Shown: positions 32,891 through 42,808 of the stretch, one piece after another
How the letters are laid out: every line of letters starts with the position of its first letter
Position numbering within the stretch: the first letter of the stretch is position 1
Source: an uncultured Actinomycetes bacterium
GTDB lineage: Bacteria; Actinomycetota; Thermoleophilia; Gaiellales; Gaiellaceae
NCBI GenBank assembly: GCA_963842235.1
Contig: CAWJFT010000001.1
Coordinates: 882,368 to 946,367 of the forward strand
Length of the DNA: 64,000 bases
Direction: 5' to 3'
Notes under the pieces: model-generated
The model's database searches: none
Told to the model about the DNA's origin: nothing
The model's input: only the letters and a program-made list of their open reading frames with translations
Program-made: the position numbers and the translations under genes

Positions 32891-34730
32891 GATCGGGTGC
32901 GAGGAGCTCCCGGCCGGCTCCGTCTACGAGGCCGAGGCACAGCTGCCGGCGCTCGCCGAACGCCAACTTGGCGCGTCCCCGGAGCGGGTGTTCGTGGGGC
33001 CACGCCGCCTTGCCATCCTCGTGGACGGGCTCGAGGAGCAGACCGGAGAGCAGTGGGTGAAGGGCCCGCCGGTCGCCCTGCGCGACAAGGCGGCCGCGGG
33101 ATTCGCGAAGCGGCACGGGGTGTCCGTCGAAGACCTCGTGGAACGCGACGGCTTTCTCGGGATCACCGTCCAGGCACCGTCCCTGGACAGTGCCTTGCCG
33201 GGACAGCTGGATGCGATCGTTCGCGACCTTCGCTTCGCCAAGACGATGCGCTGGAACGGCTCGGGCCTGCGCTTTCCGCGCCCCGTTCGCTGGACCTGCG
33301 CCCGGCTGGACTCCTCGCCCGTGAGCGGCCACGGCACGACGACGTGGGGCCACCGCTTCACCCACGGCGAGCTCGAGCTGCCGTCCGCCGCCGCCTATGC
33401 GGAGACCTTGCGCGCCGCCGACGTCGAGCCCGAGGCCGCCGAGCGTGAGCGGCTGATCCGTGAGGGGCTCGACGCGCTCGGCGAGTGGAGCGACCCGCTC
33501 GGCAAGCTCCGCGAGGTCGTCCACCTCGTCGAGAAGGTGATCGTGCTCGAGGGCTCGTTCGACGAGCGCTTCCTCTCCCTGCCGAGACGCGTGATCGAAA
33601 CGGCGATGCAGTCGCACCAGCGGTACTTCCCGTTGACGGCGAACCGCTTCGGGTTCGTGGCGAACGGAGGGGATCCGGAAACCGTGCGGGCGGGCAACGA
33701 GACGGTGCTCGAGGGCCGGCTCGACGACGCGACGTTCACCTTCGAGCGTGACGTCTCCGCGGGGATCGAGGAGCTCGCGGACCGCCTCGGGTCGATTGTC
33801 TACTTCGCGGGTGCAGGGACCTTCGCCGACAAGACGGAGCGGCTCCGGAAGCTCGTCGAGCGGCTGGGCGGCGGCGAGGCGTCGCTCGAGGCCGCTCGGC
33901 TCGCCAAGGCCGATCAGGCGGCGGAGCTCGTCCGTGAGTTCCCCGAGCTCGAGGGCTACATCGGGGCCGAGTACGCGCGGCTTGCCGGCTATCCGGAGGC
34001 GGTCTGTGCCGCGATCGCCGAGCAGTACCTGCCCGATTCGGCGCGGGGACCGCTTCCCGATACCGAACCGGGCCGTGTCCTCGCCGCTGCGGACAAGGTC
34101 GATGTCCTCGAAGTCTCGTTCGAGTTGGGGCACAAACCGACCGGCTCTCGGGATCCATACGGGCTGCGGCGCGCGGCGATCGGGCTGTGCCGGCTCGCGA
34201 CGGAGGGCGGCTTGAGCATTCCCCGCGAGCTGCTTCGGGACGACGTCGGCGAGTTCGTCGAGGAGCGCTTCGAGGGTCTCCTGGACGTTCCGGTCGAGTT
34301 CGTCCGCGCCGCCCGGGCTGCAACGGTGCGCGACCTGGGGTCGGTCGCTCGTCTGGCGCAGGCGCTGGCGGCGCTCCCCGACGAGCGGCTCGAGCCGATC
34401 CACACCGCGTACATCCGGGCGAGCAGGCTGGGGGAGAAGGAGAAGGCGGCCGAGACGCTGGATCGGAAGCTCTTGCGCGAGCCTGCCGAACAGGAGGTCG
34501 CCAGCGCCCTGGAGCGGGTCGAGCCAGAGATCGCTTCCGCGCTCGAGACCGGCGACTTCGAGGCGGCCGTCGAAGCCGGCGCCCGGCTCGGGCCGGTGCT
34601 GCACGGGTTCTTCGAGGAGGTGCTCGTGATGGCGGAGGACCCGGCGATTCGCGAAAACCGGCTGCGGCTGCTGCTCGACGTCCGGGATACCCTTCGTGCG
34701 CTCGGCGATCTCGGCCAGATCCCCCGTTAA
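32874..34730 (+). CDS. glyS: glycine--tRNA ligase beta subunit
   Basis: [13 protein letters not shown] is the expected N-terminus, then [17 protein letters not shown]. The only start at that point is CTG 32874, behind GAGGAGGAG; the nearest canonical start is TTG 32847. Confidence 0.9.
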   Translation: MKLLFEIGCEELPAGSVYEAEAQLPALAERQLGASPERVFVGPRRLAILVDGLEEQTGEQWVKGPPVALRDKAAAGFAKRHGVSVEDLVERDGFLGITVQAPSLDSALPGQLDAIVRDLRFAKTMRWNGSGLRFPRPVRWTCARLDSSPVSGHGTTTWGHRFTHGELELPSAAAYAETLRAADVEPEAAERERLIREGLDALGEWSDPLGKLREVVHLVEKVIVLEGSFDERFLSLPRRVIETAMQSHQRYFPLTANRFGFVANGGDPETVRAGNETVLEGRLDDATFTFERDVSAGIEELADRLGSIVYFAGAGTFADKTERLRKLVERLGGGEASLEAARLAKADQAAELVREFPELEGYIGAEYARLAGYPEAVCAAIAEQYLPDSARGPLPDTEPGRVLAAADKVDVLEVSFELGHKPTGSRDPYGLRRAAIGLCRLATEGGLSIPRELLRDDVGEFVEERFEGLLDVPVEFVRAARAATVRDLGSVARLAQALAALPDERLEPIHTAYIRASRLGEKEKAAETLDRKLLREPAEQEVASALERVEPEIASALETGDFEAAVEAGARLGPVLHGFFEEVLVMAEDPAIRENRLRLLLDVRDTLRALGDLGQIPR

Positions 34731-34822
34731 CGGGCATTAACGAAGGCTCAACGTCGTTCTCAGACGGCTCTTAGGTGGGTGGTGTTGCATGTGGCCACTC
34801 CAATGAAAGGAAACGGAACTCG

Positions 34823-35851
34823 ATGAGCAAGCAAGTGGCAACCATCGTCCTCGCGCTGTTGCTGGCGGCGGGTGTCGGAGGCGCGGTCGGTGCGGCGGTC
34901 GCCCTCTCGACCGACGACCAGCCGGCGGCGCAGACGGCGAGTGCTACACCCGGTGAGTCGGTCTCCCAGAGCGAGTCCTTCGCCGCCGCGATCTACAAGC
35001 GCGCGAAGGATGCGGTCGTCGAGATCCAAACGACGACCGACCAGGGCTCGGCGACCGGCAGCGGCTTCGTGATCGACAAGCAAGGTCACATCGTCACGAA
35101 CGAGCACGTCGTCGAGGGAGCAACGAAGGTCGCCGTCCAGTTCGCCGATCAGAGCGAGGCCCAGGCGACGATCGTCGGCACCGATCCCTCCACCGACATC
35201 GCCGTGCTGAAGGTCGACCGCCCGGCTTCCCGGCTCACGCCCTTGAGCTTCGCGGCGGCGGGCTCCCTCGAGGTCGGCGATCCGGTCGTTGCGATCGGCA
35301 GCCCGTTCGGTCTCGAAGGCACATTGACGACCGGCGTCGTCAGCGGCCTCGGCCGTGAGATCGAGGCGCCGAACGGCTTCACGATCGAGAACGCTGTCCA
35401 GACCGATGCGGCGCTGAACCACGGCAACTCCGGCGGCCCCTTGCTCGACATGCAAGGGCGCGTGGTCGGTGTCGCCGCCCAGATTCGCAGCGACTCCGGC
35501 GGCAACGTCGGCATCGGCTACGCGGTTCCCGGCGATACCGCCCAGCGCGTGGCCCGCCAGCTGATCAGTGACGGCAGCGTCGAGCACGCGTACCTCGGAG
35601 TCAGCCTCCCCAATTCGGGCGCCGCGACGATCGAGCAGGTCGTGAACAACGGCCCCGCCGACAGCGCGGGCATCCAGGCTGGAGATGAGGTCACCGCCGT
35701 CGACGGCAAGACGATTGAATCGGGCGACGCCCTGCGCGAGGCGATCGACGCCAAGAAGCCCGGAGACAAGATCACCCTCACGATCAAGCGGAACGGCAAC
35801 GAGCGCACCGTGCAGGTAACGCTCGGCCAGCGCCCGGCCACCGCTCAATAG
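34823..35851 (+). CDS. HtrA/DegP-family serine protease with a PDZ domain
   Basis: TM anchor, GSGFVID..GHIVTNEHVV, DIAVLKV, GNSGGPLLD, C-terminal PDZ (GIQAGDEVTAVDG). Confidence 0.9.
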   Translation: MSKQVATIVLALLLAAGVGGAVGAAVALSTDDQPAAQTASATPGESVSQSESFAAAIYKRAKDAVVEIQTTTDQGSATGSGFVIDKQGHIVTNEHVVEGATKVAVQFADQSEAQATIVGTDPSTDIAVLKVDRPASRLTPLSFAAAGSLEVGDPVVAIGSPFGLEGTLTTGVVSGLGREIEAPNGFTIENAVQTDAALNHGNSGGPLLDMQGRVVGVAAQIRSDSGGNVGIGYAVPGDTAQRVARQLISDGSVEHAYLGVSLPNSGAATIEQVVNNGPADSAGIQAGDEVTAVDGKTIESGDALREAIDAKKPGDKITLTIKRNGNERTVQVTLGQRPATAQ

Positions 35852-35869
35852 TCCCCTCCTCAGGCAGAA

Positions 35870-35898
35870 CCATGTCCGGTGCGAGACGCCGGACATGG
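35870..35898 (+). terminator. hairpin after htrA (10-bp stem CCATGTCCGG/CCGGACATGG)
   Basis: Perfect inverted repeat with a 9-nt loop, followed by CTCTGCTCGGGTTTGGG. Confidence 0.45.
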
Positions 35899-35931
35899 CT
35901 CTGCTCGGGTTTGGGCGCTACGCTCGGCGCC

Positions 35932-36762
35932 GTGACCGTCGTCGAGCTGCACATGATCTCGGACGCCACCGGCGCGACGGCGAAACGCCTCGTTCAGGCG
36001 CTGGAGGCGCAGTTTCCGGAGCAGGAGTTCGAGGACATCGTGCATCCGATGGTCGAGACGGTGGACGACCTGCGGCTCGCCGTCGACCGCGCGAAGGGAC
36101 GCCCGGCGGTGATCGTCTACACGATCGTGCACCCGGAGCTCCGCGATGCGATGCACGAGCTCTGCCGGCGCGCAAAGGTCCACTACTGCGACATCCTGCG
36201 ACAGCCGATCGATTCGGTTGTGAAGGTCTCGGGGCAGGCGGCGAAGATGGCCCCGGGCGCGCGGCCGCCGCTCGATTCCAACTACTTCCGGCGGATGGCG
36301 GCCATCGAGTTCGCGGTCAAGTACGACGACGGCGTCGGGGGAGGGCTGGACGACGCGGACATCGTCCTCGTTGGCGTGTCGCGGACGTCGAAGACGCCGC
36401 TTTCGATCTATCTCGGCTACCTCGGGTACAAGACGGCGAACGTCCCGGTCGTGAAAGGGATCGAACCGCCCGAGAAGCTGTTCGAGATCGAGCAGTCGAA
36501 GATCATCGGGCTGACGATCCGTGCCGAGCGGCTCGCCGAGGTTCGAGCCGACCGCGCCAAGCGTCTCGGGGGCAACAACCGGCGCTACGCGGAGCTGGTC
36601 GAGATCTACGACGAGTTGGAGGAGGCGGAAGCGCTCCACCGCCGTCTCGGCTGCCCGGTGATCGAGATCTCCGAGCTCTCGATCGAAGAGACGGCGGCGC
36701 GGGTCATCGCCATGGTCGAGCGACGGCGCGAGCGGGGGTCAGACCCCGTCGCCAATGCGTGA
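35932..36762 (+). CDS. pyruvate, phosphate dikinase regulatory protein (DUF299 kinase/pyrophosphorylase)
   Basis: HMISDATGATA, VLVGVSRTSKTPLS P-loop, GYK.ANVP. I chose GTG 35932 (TACGCT sits 7 nt upstream) because ATG 35872 lies inside the htrA terminator hairpin. Confidence 0.85.
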   Translation: MTVVELHMISDATGATAKRLVQALEAQFPEQEFEDIVHPMVETVDDLRLAVDRAKGRPAVIVYTIVHPELRDAMHELCRRAKVHYCDILRQPIDSVVKVSGQAAKMAPGARPPLDSNYFRRMAAIEFAVKYDDGVGGGLDDADIVLVGVSRTSKTPLSIYLGYLGYKTANVPVVKGIEPPEKLFEIEQSKIIGLTIRAERLAEVRADRAKRLGGNNRRYAELVEIYDELEEAEALHRRLGCPVIEISELSIEETAARVIAMVERRRERGSDPVANA

Positions 36763-36791
36763 CAAGTTCCGCGCGCGTTTGCTCGGGTCCC

Positions 36792-37004
36792 GTGACGGGG
36801 TCTGACCCCACCACAGCGGCCGTCGGAGACCGCGCCGCTGCGGAGGCTCGCGCCAAGCCGGTGCCGCTGTGGCGCTGGGCGATCTGGTGGGTGCTGCTGC
36901 TCGTCGCCGGGCTGCTTTTCTACTTCCTGCTGGCCCCGATCTGGCTCGGGCTCCGGGCAGCAGCCTGGATCGCCGAGTTCAGGGCCCGTCGGAGGCGTTC
37001 CTAG
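36792..37004 (+). CDS. small membrane protein (70 aa)
   Basis: GTG 36792. WRWAIWWVLLLVAGLLFYFLLAPIWLGLRAAAWI is hydrophobic, with a basic tail. No family is recognised. Confidence 0.4.
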   Translation: MTGSDPTTAAVGDRAAAEARAKPVPLWRWAIWWVLLLVAGLLFYFLLAPIWLGLRAAAWIAEFRARRRRS

Positions 37005-37488
37005 ACAACTCGAACACGTACTCGAGACCGTCGACCTCGTCCATCTGCTCGCCCGTCCTGACGAAGCCGAGCTTCCGGACGATCGCCAGCGAGGGCTCGT
37101 TGTGCGGCCCGACCGAAAGGACGAAGTGACGGATCGCCGCCCGCTTCTCCGCCATGTCCATGAGCATGCTTGCCGCCTGGGTCGCGTACCCGTGGCCCCG
37201 ATAGGCGGGGAAGATCCGGTAGCCGAACTCCACGGCGTCTGGGTGCTGCTTCGCGTTGATCCCAGGCGGGCCGTGGTAGCCCGCGTGCCCGATCATCCGG
37301 CCGTCGAGCACCACGGCATGCGGGCACCAGGTCCGAAACCGAATGTCCTCGCGCATCTGCCGCAGCCGCAAGGCAAGGAACGCCTTCTCGCCCTCGGAAG
37401 GAAACTCGTCGGGGAGCTCGATCGCGAGCGCGGTGGCAGCCGCATCCCGCCGTCCGTCCAGGATGGCCTCGACAAACGCGACCGTCAT
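36979..37488 (-). CDS. GNAT-family N-acetyltransferase
   Basis: C-terminal 169 aa of ORF 36979..37983. EFGYRIFPAYRGHGYATQAA is the acetyl-CoA binding motif. Confidence 0.8.
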   Translation of the reverse strand: MTVAFVEAILDGRRDAAATALAIELPDEFPSEGEKAFLALRLRQMREDIRFRTWCPHAVVLDGRMIGHAGYHGPPGINAKQHPDAVEFGYRIFPAYRGHGYATQAASMLMDMAEKRAAIRHFVLSVGPHNEPSLAIVRKLGFVRTGEQMDEVDGLEYVFELSRNASDGP

Positions 37489-37502
37489 CGGGCGGAGCTC
37501 GA

Positions 37503-38180
37503 TCACGCCACTGGGCGAGCCTCGATCGGAGTCTCGACCACCTCGCCGTCCTGGAGCTCTACCCGGTAGGCCTTCGAGCCCTCCTCGCACGCGACGACCT
37601 CGCGAAGCTCGCCGTCGACGAAGTGGAGGCCAACGCCCGCGTCGGCGGCATATCCGGGCGCCAGCCCTGCGCGCACCAGCTCGTGATAGCGCGGCCGCCG
37701 TAGCTCCTCGTCGTCGTAGTGGGGACAGAAGCTCCCCGGAAGGAACCCGAGGCAGTCCATCTGCTCGAGCTGCGGCCCGAACGAGTCGGTTACGCCGGCT
37801 TCGAACCAGCAGATGCCGCCAGCGCTCGAGCCGGCAAGCAGCACACTGGAATCGAGCGCCTCCCGCAGCAGCTCGTCCACGCCGTGCAGGCGCCAGATCG
37901 CGAGCATGTTGCCGCTGTTCCCGCCGCCGACAACGATCAGGTCGGCGTCGAGCACGACCGACCGCAAATCTTCCGGTGGCCACGGAAAGAACTCGAGCCG
38001 CGAGACCTCCGCCATCCCGCCGAACTGGTCGTACACGCGGAGCGCCGCACTCGAATCCTCCGCCGAGGCCGTCCCGATGTAAAGGACCCTAGGTCGCTCA
38101 CGGCCGGTCAGCTCCACGAGGAACCTCGCCATTCCGGCGCAGAGCTTCCCTCCGCCGATGGGGACGATCGTCCTGGACAC
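37503..38180 (-). CDS. S51-family peptidase (dipeptidase E-like)
   Basis: VLYIGTASAED, VGGGNSGNMLA, LAGSSAGGICW (nucleophile Ser), PHYD. Confidence 0.85.
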   Translation of the reverse strand: MSRTIVPIGGGKLCAGMARFLVELTGRERPRVLYIGTASAEDSSAALRVYDQFGGMAEVSRLEFFPWPPEDLRSVVLDADLIVVGGGNSGNMLAIWRLHGVDELLREALDSSVLLAGSSAGGICWFEAGVTDSFGPQLEQMDCLGFLPGSFCPHYDDEELRRPRYHELVRAGLAPGYAADAGVGLHFVDGELREVVACEEGSKAYRVELQDGEVVETPIEARPVA

Positions 38181-38252
38181 CCGCCAAGGCTAACGACGGC
38201 GCCACGCCGCGCCGTAGGGAGATTTCCACCGCTGTGGGAAAATCCCCTTCCC

Positions 38253-40814
38253 ATGCCTCGCTACGTCTACGACTTCGACGAGCCCGCCGACGGCGGCCGG
38301 GACCTGCTCGGAGGCAAGGGAATCGGCCTCGCCGAGATGACGCAGCTCGGCGTTCCGGTCCCGGCCGGGTTCACGATCACGACGGATGCCTGCCGCGCGT
38401 ACATGGCCTCCGGCGGCCAGCTCCCTGAGGGCCTCGAGGTGGAGATCGACGAACACCTCGCGCGCCTGGAGCAGACCTCGGGAAAGCGCGTCGGCGACCC
38501 CGAAGACCCGCTCCTCGTCTCCGTGAGATCGGGCGCCGCGGCCTCGATGCCGGGGATGATGGACACGATCCTCAACGTCGGGCTGAACGACGCAGCCGTG
38601 GACGGGCTTGCGCGCCGCACCGGCAACGAGCGCTTCGCGCACGACTCCTACCGGCGGCTGATCCAGATGTACGGCGAGATCGTCGACCACATCGATCCGC
38701 ATCGCTTCTCCGACGCGCTCGCGAGGCAGGAGGACGACCTTCCGGGCCTGATCGAGACCTTCAAAGGGATCTACGAGGACGAGACCGGGCAGCCCTTCCC
38801 GCAGGACGCCAAGGAGCAGCTAGGTCGCGCCGTCCGAGCGGTCTTCGAGTCCTGGGACACACCGCGCGCGAAGGCCTACCGCCGCCATCACCACATCCCG
38901 GACGACCTCGGGACGGCGGTCAACGTCGTCCAGATGGTCTTCGGCAACAAGGGCGATGAGTCGGGCACCGGCGTCGCCTTTACGCGCGACCCGTCCACGG
39001 GCGAGCAGGGCCTCTACGGCGAGTTCCTCGCCGACGCCCAGGGGGAGGACGTCGTCGCCGGGATCCGGACGCCGCAGCCCATCGCGGAGATGAAGGGGCA
39101 GCTACCCGGGGCCTTCGACGAGCTCGTCGAGACGATGCGACGCCTCGAGGGGCACTACAAAGACATGCAGGACATCGAGTTCACCGTCGAGGACGGCAAG
39201 CTCTACCTCCTCCAGACGCGGAGCGCGAAGCGGACTGCCGCCGCGGCCCTGAAGGCTGCTGTGGAAATGGTCGACGAGGGCCTGATCACGCGCGAGGAAG
39301 CGGTGTCGCGGATCGACTCCGGCCAGCTGGACCAGCTCCTGCACCCGCGAATCGACCCTGACGCGACGTATGACGTCGTCGCGCGCGGCCTCAACGCGTC
39401 GCCCGGCGCCGCCTCCGGCGGGATCGTCTTCGATGCCGACACCGCGGAGGAGCGCGGGAAAAACGGGGACGCGGTGATCCTCGTCCGCTGGGAGACGACC
39501 CCGGACGACATCCACGGCATGATCGCCGCGCAAGGGATCCTCACCGCCCACGGGGGCATGACATCCCACGCGGCCGTTGTCGCCCGCGGGATGGGCAAGC
39601 CGTGTGTGGCCGGCTGCGAGGCGCTGTCGGTCGACGCGCAGGCCAAGCGGGCGTCGCTGAACGGCCACAAGTTCGGCGAGGGCGACGTGATCACGATCGA
39701 CGGCGGCACCGGCGAGGTGATCGTCGGGGAAGTCACGCTGATCCCGCCGGAGATCAACGAGGACTTCGAGACCGTCCTCGGCTGGGCGGACGACGTGCGC
39801 CGACTGAAGGTGCGGGCGAACGCCGACACGCCCGAGGACGCTGTCAAGGCGCGCGAATTCGGCGCACAGGGCATCGGCCTCTGCCGGACCGAGCATATGT
39901 TCATGGCCGAGGACCGGCTGCCGGTCGTCCGCGAGATGATCATGGCGGCGGACGAGGACGAGCGACGCGCGGCGCTCGACAAGCTGCTGCCGCACCAGCA
40001 GGACGACTTCGAGGGGATCTTCGAGGCCATGGCCGGCCTGCCCGTGACGATCCGCCTTCTCGATCCTCCGCTGCACGAGTTCCTGCCGCCGCTCGAGGAG
40101 GCGCGCGACGACCGCATGCGGTCACGGATCCGCGCGCTCCAGGAGGCGAATCCCATGCTCGGGACGCGCGGTTGCCGGCTCGGGCTTCAGTTTCCGGAGA
40201 TTTACGAGATGCAGGTGCGGGCGATCATCCGCGCAGCGATCGCGGTGCGTGAGCGGACAGGAGATGCGCCGCTCGTCGAGATCATGCATCCGCTCGTCGG
40301 CTTCCAGGAGGAGCTCCGCCGGCTACGCGAGCTCACGATCGACACGGCTTCGGCTGAGGGAGAGGTCGAGTACCTCGTGGGGACGATGATCGAGCTCCCG
40401 CGGGCCTGTGTTCGCGCAGATGAGATCGCAGAGGAGGCTGACTTCTTCTCCTTCGGGACGAACGACTTGACGCAGACGGCGCTCGGGTTCTCCCGTGACG
40501 ATGCCGAGGGGAAGTTCCTGACGTACTACCTGCAGGAGGGCGTGCTCGAGCGGAATCCGTTCGAGACGCTCGACCAGAGCGGGGTCGGCGACCTGATGCG
40601 GATCGCTGTCGAGCGCGGGCGAGCTGTGAAGCCGGAGCTCAAGCTCGGGATCTGCGGGGAGCATGGCGGCGAGGCCGACTCGGTCGCGTTCTGCCACCGG
40701 CTCGGGCTGGACTACGTGTCGTGCTCGCCGTACCGCGTCCCGCTGGCGAGGCTGGCGGCGGCGCAGGCGGTCCTCAGCGAGGCCGGCATCGAGGCCGTCT
40801 CCGTCGGCGGCTAG
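38253..40814 (+). CDS. ppdK: pyruvate, phosphate dikinase
   Basis: ATG 38253: GGKGIGLAEM, SVRSGAAASMPGMMDTILN, GGMTSHAAVVARGMG (catalytic His), GICRTEHMF, FFSFGTNDLTQ, CGEHGG. Confidence 0.95.
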   Translation: MPRYVYDFDEPADGGRDLLGGKGIGLAEMTQLGVPVPAGFTITTDACRAYMASGGQLPEGLEVEIDEHLARLEQTSGKRVGDPEDPLLVSVRSGAAASMPGMMDTILNVGLNDAAVDGLARRTGNERFAHDSYRRLIQMYGEIVDHIDPHRFSDALARQEDDLPGLIETFKGIYEDETGQPFPQDAKEQLGRAVRAVFESWDTPRAKAYRRHHHIPDDLGTAVNVVQMVFGNKGDESGTGVAFTRDPSTGEQGLYGEFLADAQGEDVVAGIRTPQPIAEMKGQLPGAFDELVETMRRLEGHYKDMQDIEFTVEDGKLYLLQTRSAKRTAAAALKAAVEMVDEGLITREEAVSRIDSGQLDQLLHPRIDPDATYDVVARGLNASPGAASGGIVFDADTAEERGKNGDAVILVRWETTPDDIHGMIAAQGILTAHGGMTSHAAVVARGMGKPCVAGCEALSVDAQAKRASLNGHKFGEGDVITIDGGTGEVIVGEVTLIPPEINEDFETVLGWADDVRRLKVRANADTPEDAVKAREFGAQGIGLCRTEHMFMAEDRLPVVREMIMAADEDERRAALDKLLPHQQDDFEGIFEAMAGLPVTIRLLDPPLHEFLPPLEEARDDRMRSRIRALQEANPMLGTRGCRLGLQFPEIYEMQVRAIIRAAIAVRERTGDAPLVEIMHPLVGFQEELRRLRELTIDTASAEGEVEYLVGTMIELPRACVRADEIAEEADFFSFGTNDLTQTALGFSRDDAEGKFLTYYLQEGVLERNPFETLDQSGVGDLMRIAVERGRAVKPELKLGICGEHGGEADSVAFCHRLGLDYVSCSPYRVPLARLAAAQAVLSEAGIEAVSVGG

Positions 40815-40819
40815 CCCTG

Positions 40820-41659
40820 CTAGACGGCGTATCCCTGGACGCGCCAGTAGGAGATCGCGATGCTGAGCGCGCCGATCGCCAGCACGCCGACGACGCCGAC
40901 GAAGCCGGGACGGCCATAGACGGCGTGGGTGCGCCCGAAGCGTGAGAGCGCGAGCATCCCGAGCGCGCCGCCCGCGAGGCCGCCGAGGTGTCCGCCGATC
41001 GAGATTCCCGGCACGGCGAACGTGAACACCAGGTTCAGCGCGATGATCCCGAGCGCGCCGCCGCCGAACACGTGCGTCCCCTGTTGCTCCAGGACGAGGG
41101 CGGCTCCGAGGATGCCGAACAGCGCGCCTGAGGCTCCGACGGTGACGCTGTCGGGAGAGAAAAGGAGCGCGCCGGCGGAGCCTGCGAGCCCGGAGACGAG
41201 GTAGAGCAGGAGGTAGCGGCCGCGCCCGAGCACCGTCTCCACGGCCGAGCCGAACCACCACAGCGCGAGCATGTTCAAGCCGAGGTGAAGCGGGCCGTAG
41301 TGGAGGAACGGCGCCGTGAACAGCCGCCACCAGTCACCGGCGGCGACTGCGGGGCCGAACAGAGCCCCTTCGGTGAAGATCCGATTTCCGGTGCCGTTGA
41401 TGTCTCCACCGGCCGCGAGCTCGAGCAGGTAGACGCCGACGTTGACCGCGATGAGGATCTTGGTGACGACGGCTCCGGTTCCCTCGTAGCCGGCGCGGCG
41501 GATCCCGCGGGTGACGCGTGCGCTTCCCTGCGGCTTGCCCGCGTGCTCCGGGCAGCGGATCCCGACAGGTGCGAACACCATGCAGTCCGGGCAGATCGGG
41601 CGCCCGCATTCCGAGCAGGAGACCATCGTCTCCCGGTCGGGATGGCGGTAGCAATACAT
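40820..41659 (-). CDS. rhomboid-family intramembrane serine protease with an N-terminal zinc ribbon
   Basis: MYCYRHPD..CSECGRPICPDC, WWRLFTAPFLHYGPLHLGLNM, GASGALFG, GGHLGG. Confidence 0.88.
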   Translation of the reverse strand: MYCYRHPDRETMVSCSECGRPICPDCMVFAPVGIRCPEHAGKPQGSARVTRGIRRAGYEGTGAVVTKILIAVNVGVYLLELAAGGDINGTGNRIFTEGALFGPAVAAGDWWRLFTAPFLHYGPLHLGLNMLALWWFGSAVETVLGRGRYLLLYLVSGLAGSAGALLFSPDSVTVGASGALFGILGAALVLEQQGTHVFGGGALGIIALNLVFTFAVPGISIGGHLGGLAGGALGMLALSRFGRTHAVYGRPGFVGVVGVLAIGALSIAISYWRVQGYAV

Positions 41660-41695
41660 CGGCTCGGTCACGGGCCTGGGTAGCGTAGTTCTGCG

Positions 41696-42367
41696 ATGCG
41701 GGCCCATGTGGCGTTCACGCCGGACCAGGTGCTGGAAGCGCGGGTCGCGGTCGTCGTCGACGTGCTGCGTGCGACGTCGACGATCGCCCAGGCGCTTGCC
41801 AGCGGCTACAAGCGTGTCTATTGCTGCCGCGAGGTGGAGGATGCCCTCGCCCTGCGCGAGCGGCTGGGGAAGGGGCTTCTGGGCGGCGAGCGGAACGCCG
41901 TCAAGATCGACGGCTTCGACATCGGCGCTTCACCGCGTGAGGTGCTCGAGCCCCAAGGCGAGACGCTGATCTACTCGACGACGAACGGGACCCGTGCGGT
42001 GCTGGCAGCAGCGTCGAGGTGCCGGGAGGTGCTGCTCGGGAGTCTCTTGAACCTCGAGGCCGTGGTCGGGGCGGTTCGGGACGACTGCGTCGTCGTCTGC
42101 GCCGGCTTCCAGGGGCACTTCGCGTTGGACGACGCGTACTGCGCGGGACGAATCGTGGAGCTGCTCGGCGCGGAGGTGACGGATGCGGCGAAGGCGTCGG
42201 TGGTCTTGGCGCGGTCGTATCCGACCGCGTGGGACGGCCTGATGGCCCGAACCTACGGCCCGCCCGGGCTCGAGGACGACATCCGGTTCTGCGCCCAGGA
42301 AAGCGTGCTCGACGTCGTGCCGCGGCTGAGCCGCATGGTCGACTCGGCCGCCGAGGTCACGCTCTAG
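41696..42367 (+). CDS. comB: 2-phosphosulfolactate phosphatase family protein (ComB-like)
   Basis: VVVDVLRATSTI, GGERN, STTNGTRA, CAGF.G.FALDD. Confidence 0.8.
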   Translation: MRAHVAFTPDQVLEARVAVVVDVLRATSTIAQALASGYKRVYCCREVEDALALRERLGKGLLGGERNAVKIDGFDIGASPREVLEPQGETLIYSTTNGTRAVLAAASRCREVLLGSLLNLEAVVGAVRDDCVVVCAGFQGHFALDDAYCAGRIVELLGAEVTDAAKASVVLARSYPTAWDGLMARTYGPPGLEDDIRFCAQESVLDVVPRLSRMVDSAAEVTL

Positions 42368-42780
42368 CGCAGGCGACCGGGAAGGACCGGCTCGGGCGGG
42401 TCGCGGAACGCCTCGATCGTGAGCCGGCACGCCATTCCGAACGACATCAGGATCATTGCGATGACGCCGCCGATGAGCATCAGTCCCGCGTCAGTCAAGG
42501 GCGAGATCTCAGGCTCGATCGGTTTCGAAATCGGGAGCGAGACGACGAAGGAGACGAACGGCAGTGCGAATGCCCAGAGCCGCGGGACGAGAAATCCAGT
42601 GAGCGGCTGGATCAGCATGCCGACGCCGAAGTAGGTCCAACCGAGTGCTTCGTCGTCGAGTGCCGTGTTCTTGTAGGTGAAGACGAAGACGACGGCCAGA
42701 AGCGCGTACACGACGGCAGTCACCCGCTGAACGGTCACGTCGGCACTGTTCCACAGCGTCTCGTCCTTGACACCGAACAT
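42364..42780 (-). CDS. hypothetical membrane protein
   Basis: Four hydrophobic segments and no family recognised. The start is ambiguous: ATG 42780 (MFGVKD...) or ATG 42810. The extra 10 codons of the longer form are simply the two SOS boxes read as EHVF/EHMF. Confidence 0.55.
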   Translation of the reverse strand: MFGVKDETLWNSADVTVQRVTAVVYALLAVVFVFTYKNTALDDEALGWTYFGVGMLIQPLTGFLVPRLWAFALPFVSFVVSLPISKPIEPEISPLTDAGLMLIGGVIAMILMSFGMACRLTIEAFRDPPEPVLPGRLR

Positions 42781-42787
42781 ATGTTCG
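42774..42787. promoter_or_regulatory. LexA (SOS) box CGAACATATGTTCG
   Basis: Perfect 14-bp palindrome matching the Gram-positive/actinobacterial CGAAC-N4-GTTCG consensus, 22 nt upstream of the imuB ATG. Confidence 0.7.
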
Positions 42788-42791
42788 TGAT

Positions 42792-42805
42792 AGAACACGT
42801 GTTCG
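42792..42805. promoter_or_regulatory. second LexA (SOS) box AGAACACGTGTTCG
   Basis: GAAC-N4-GTTC palindrome ending 4 nt upstream of the imuB ATG. Confidence 0.65.
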
Positions 42806-42808
42806 GTC

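Noticed and set aside
35872-35931. ATG 35872 as the start of the PDRP gene (ORF-track start)
   Set aside because: This ATG lies inside the 10-bp-stem hairpin that follows htrA, and the first 20 codons are not family-like. GTG 35932, behind a TACGCT hexamer, is preferred.
37006-37023. LexA-like site CTCGAACACGTACTCGAG near the end of the GNAT gene
   Set aside because: Only one half-site matches (GAAC-N4-ACTC instead of GTTC). It lies at the 3' ends of two convergent genes, and there is no SOS-type gene nearby.
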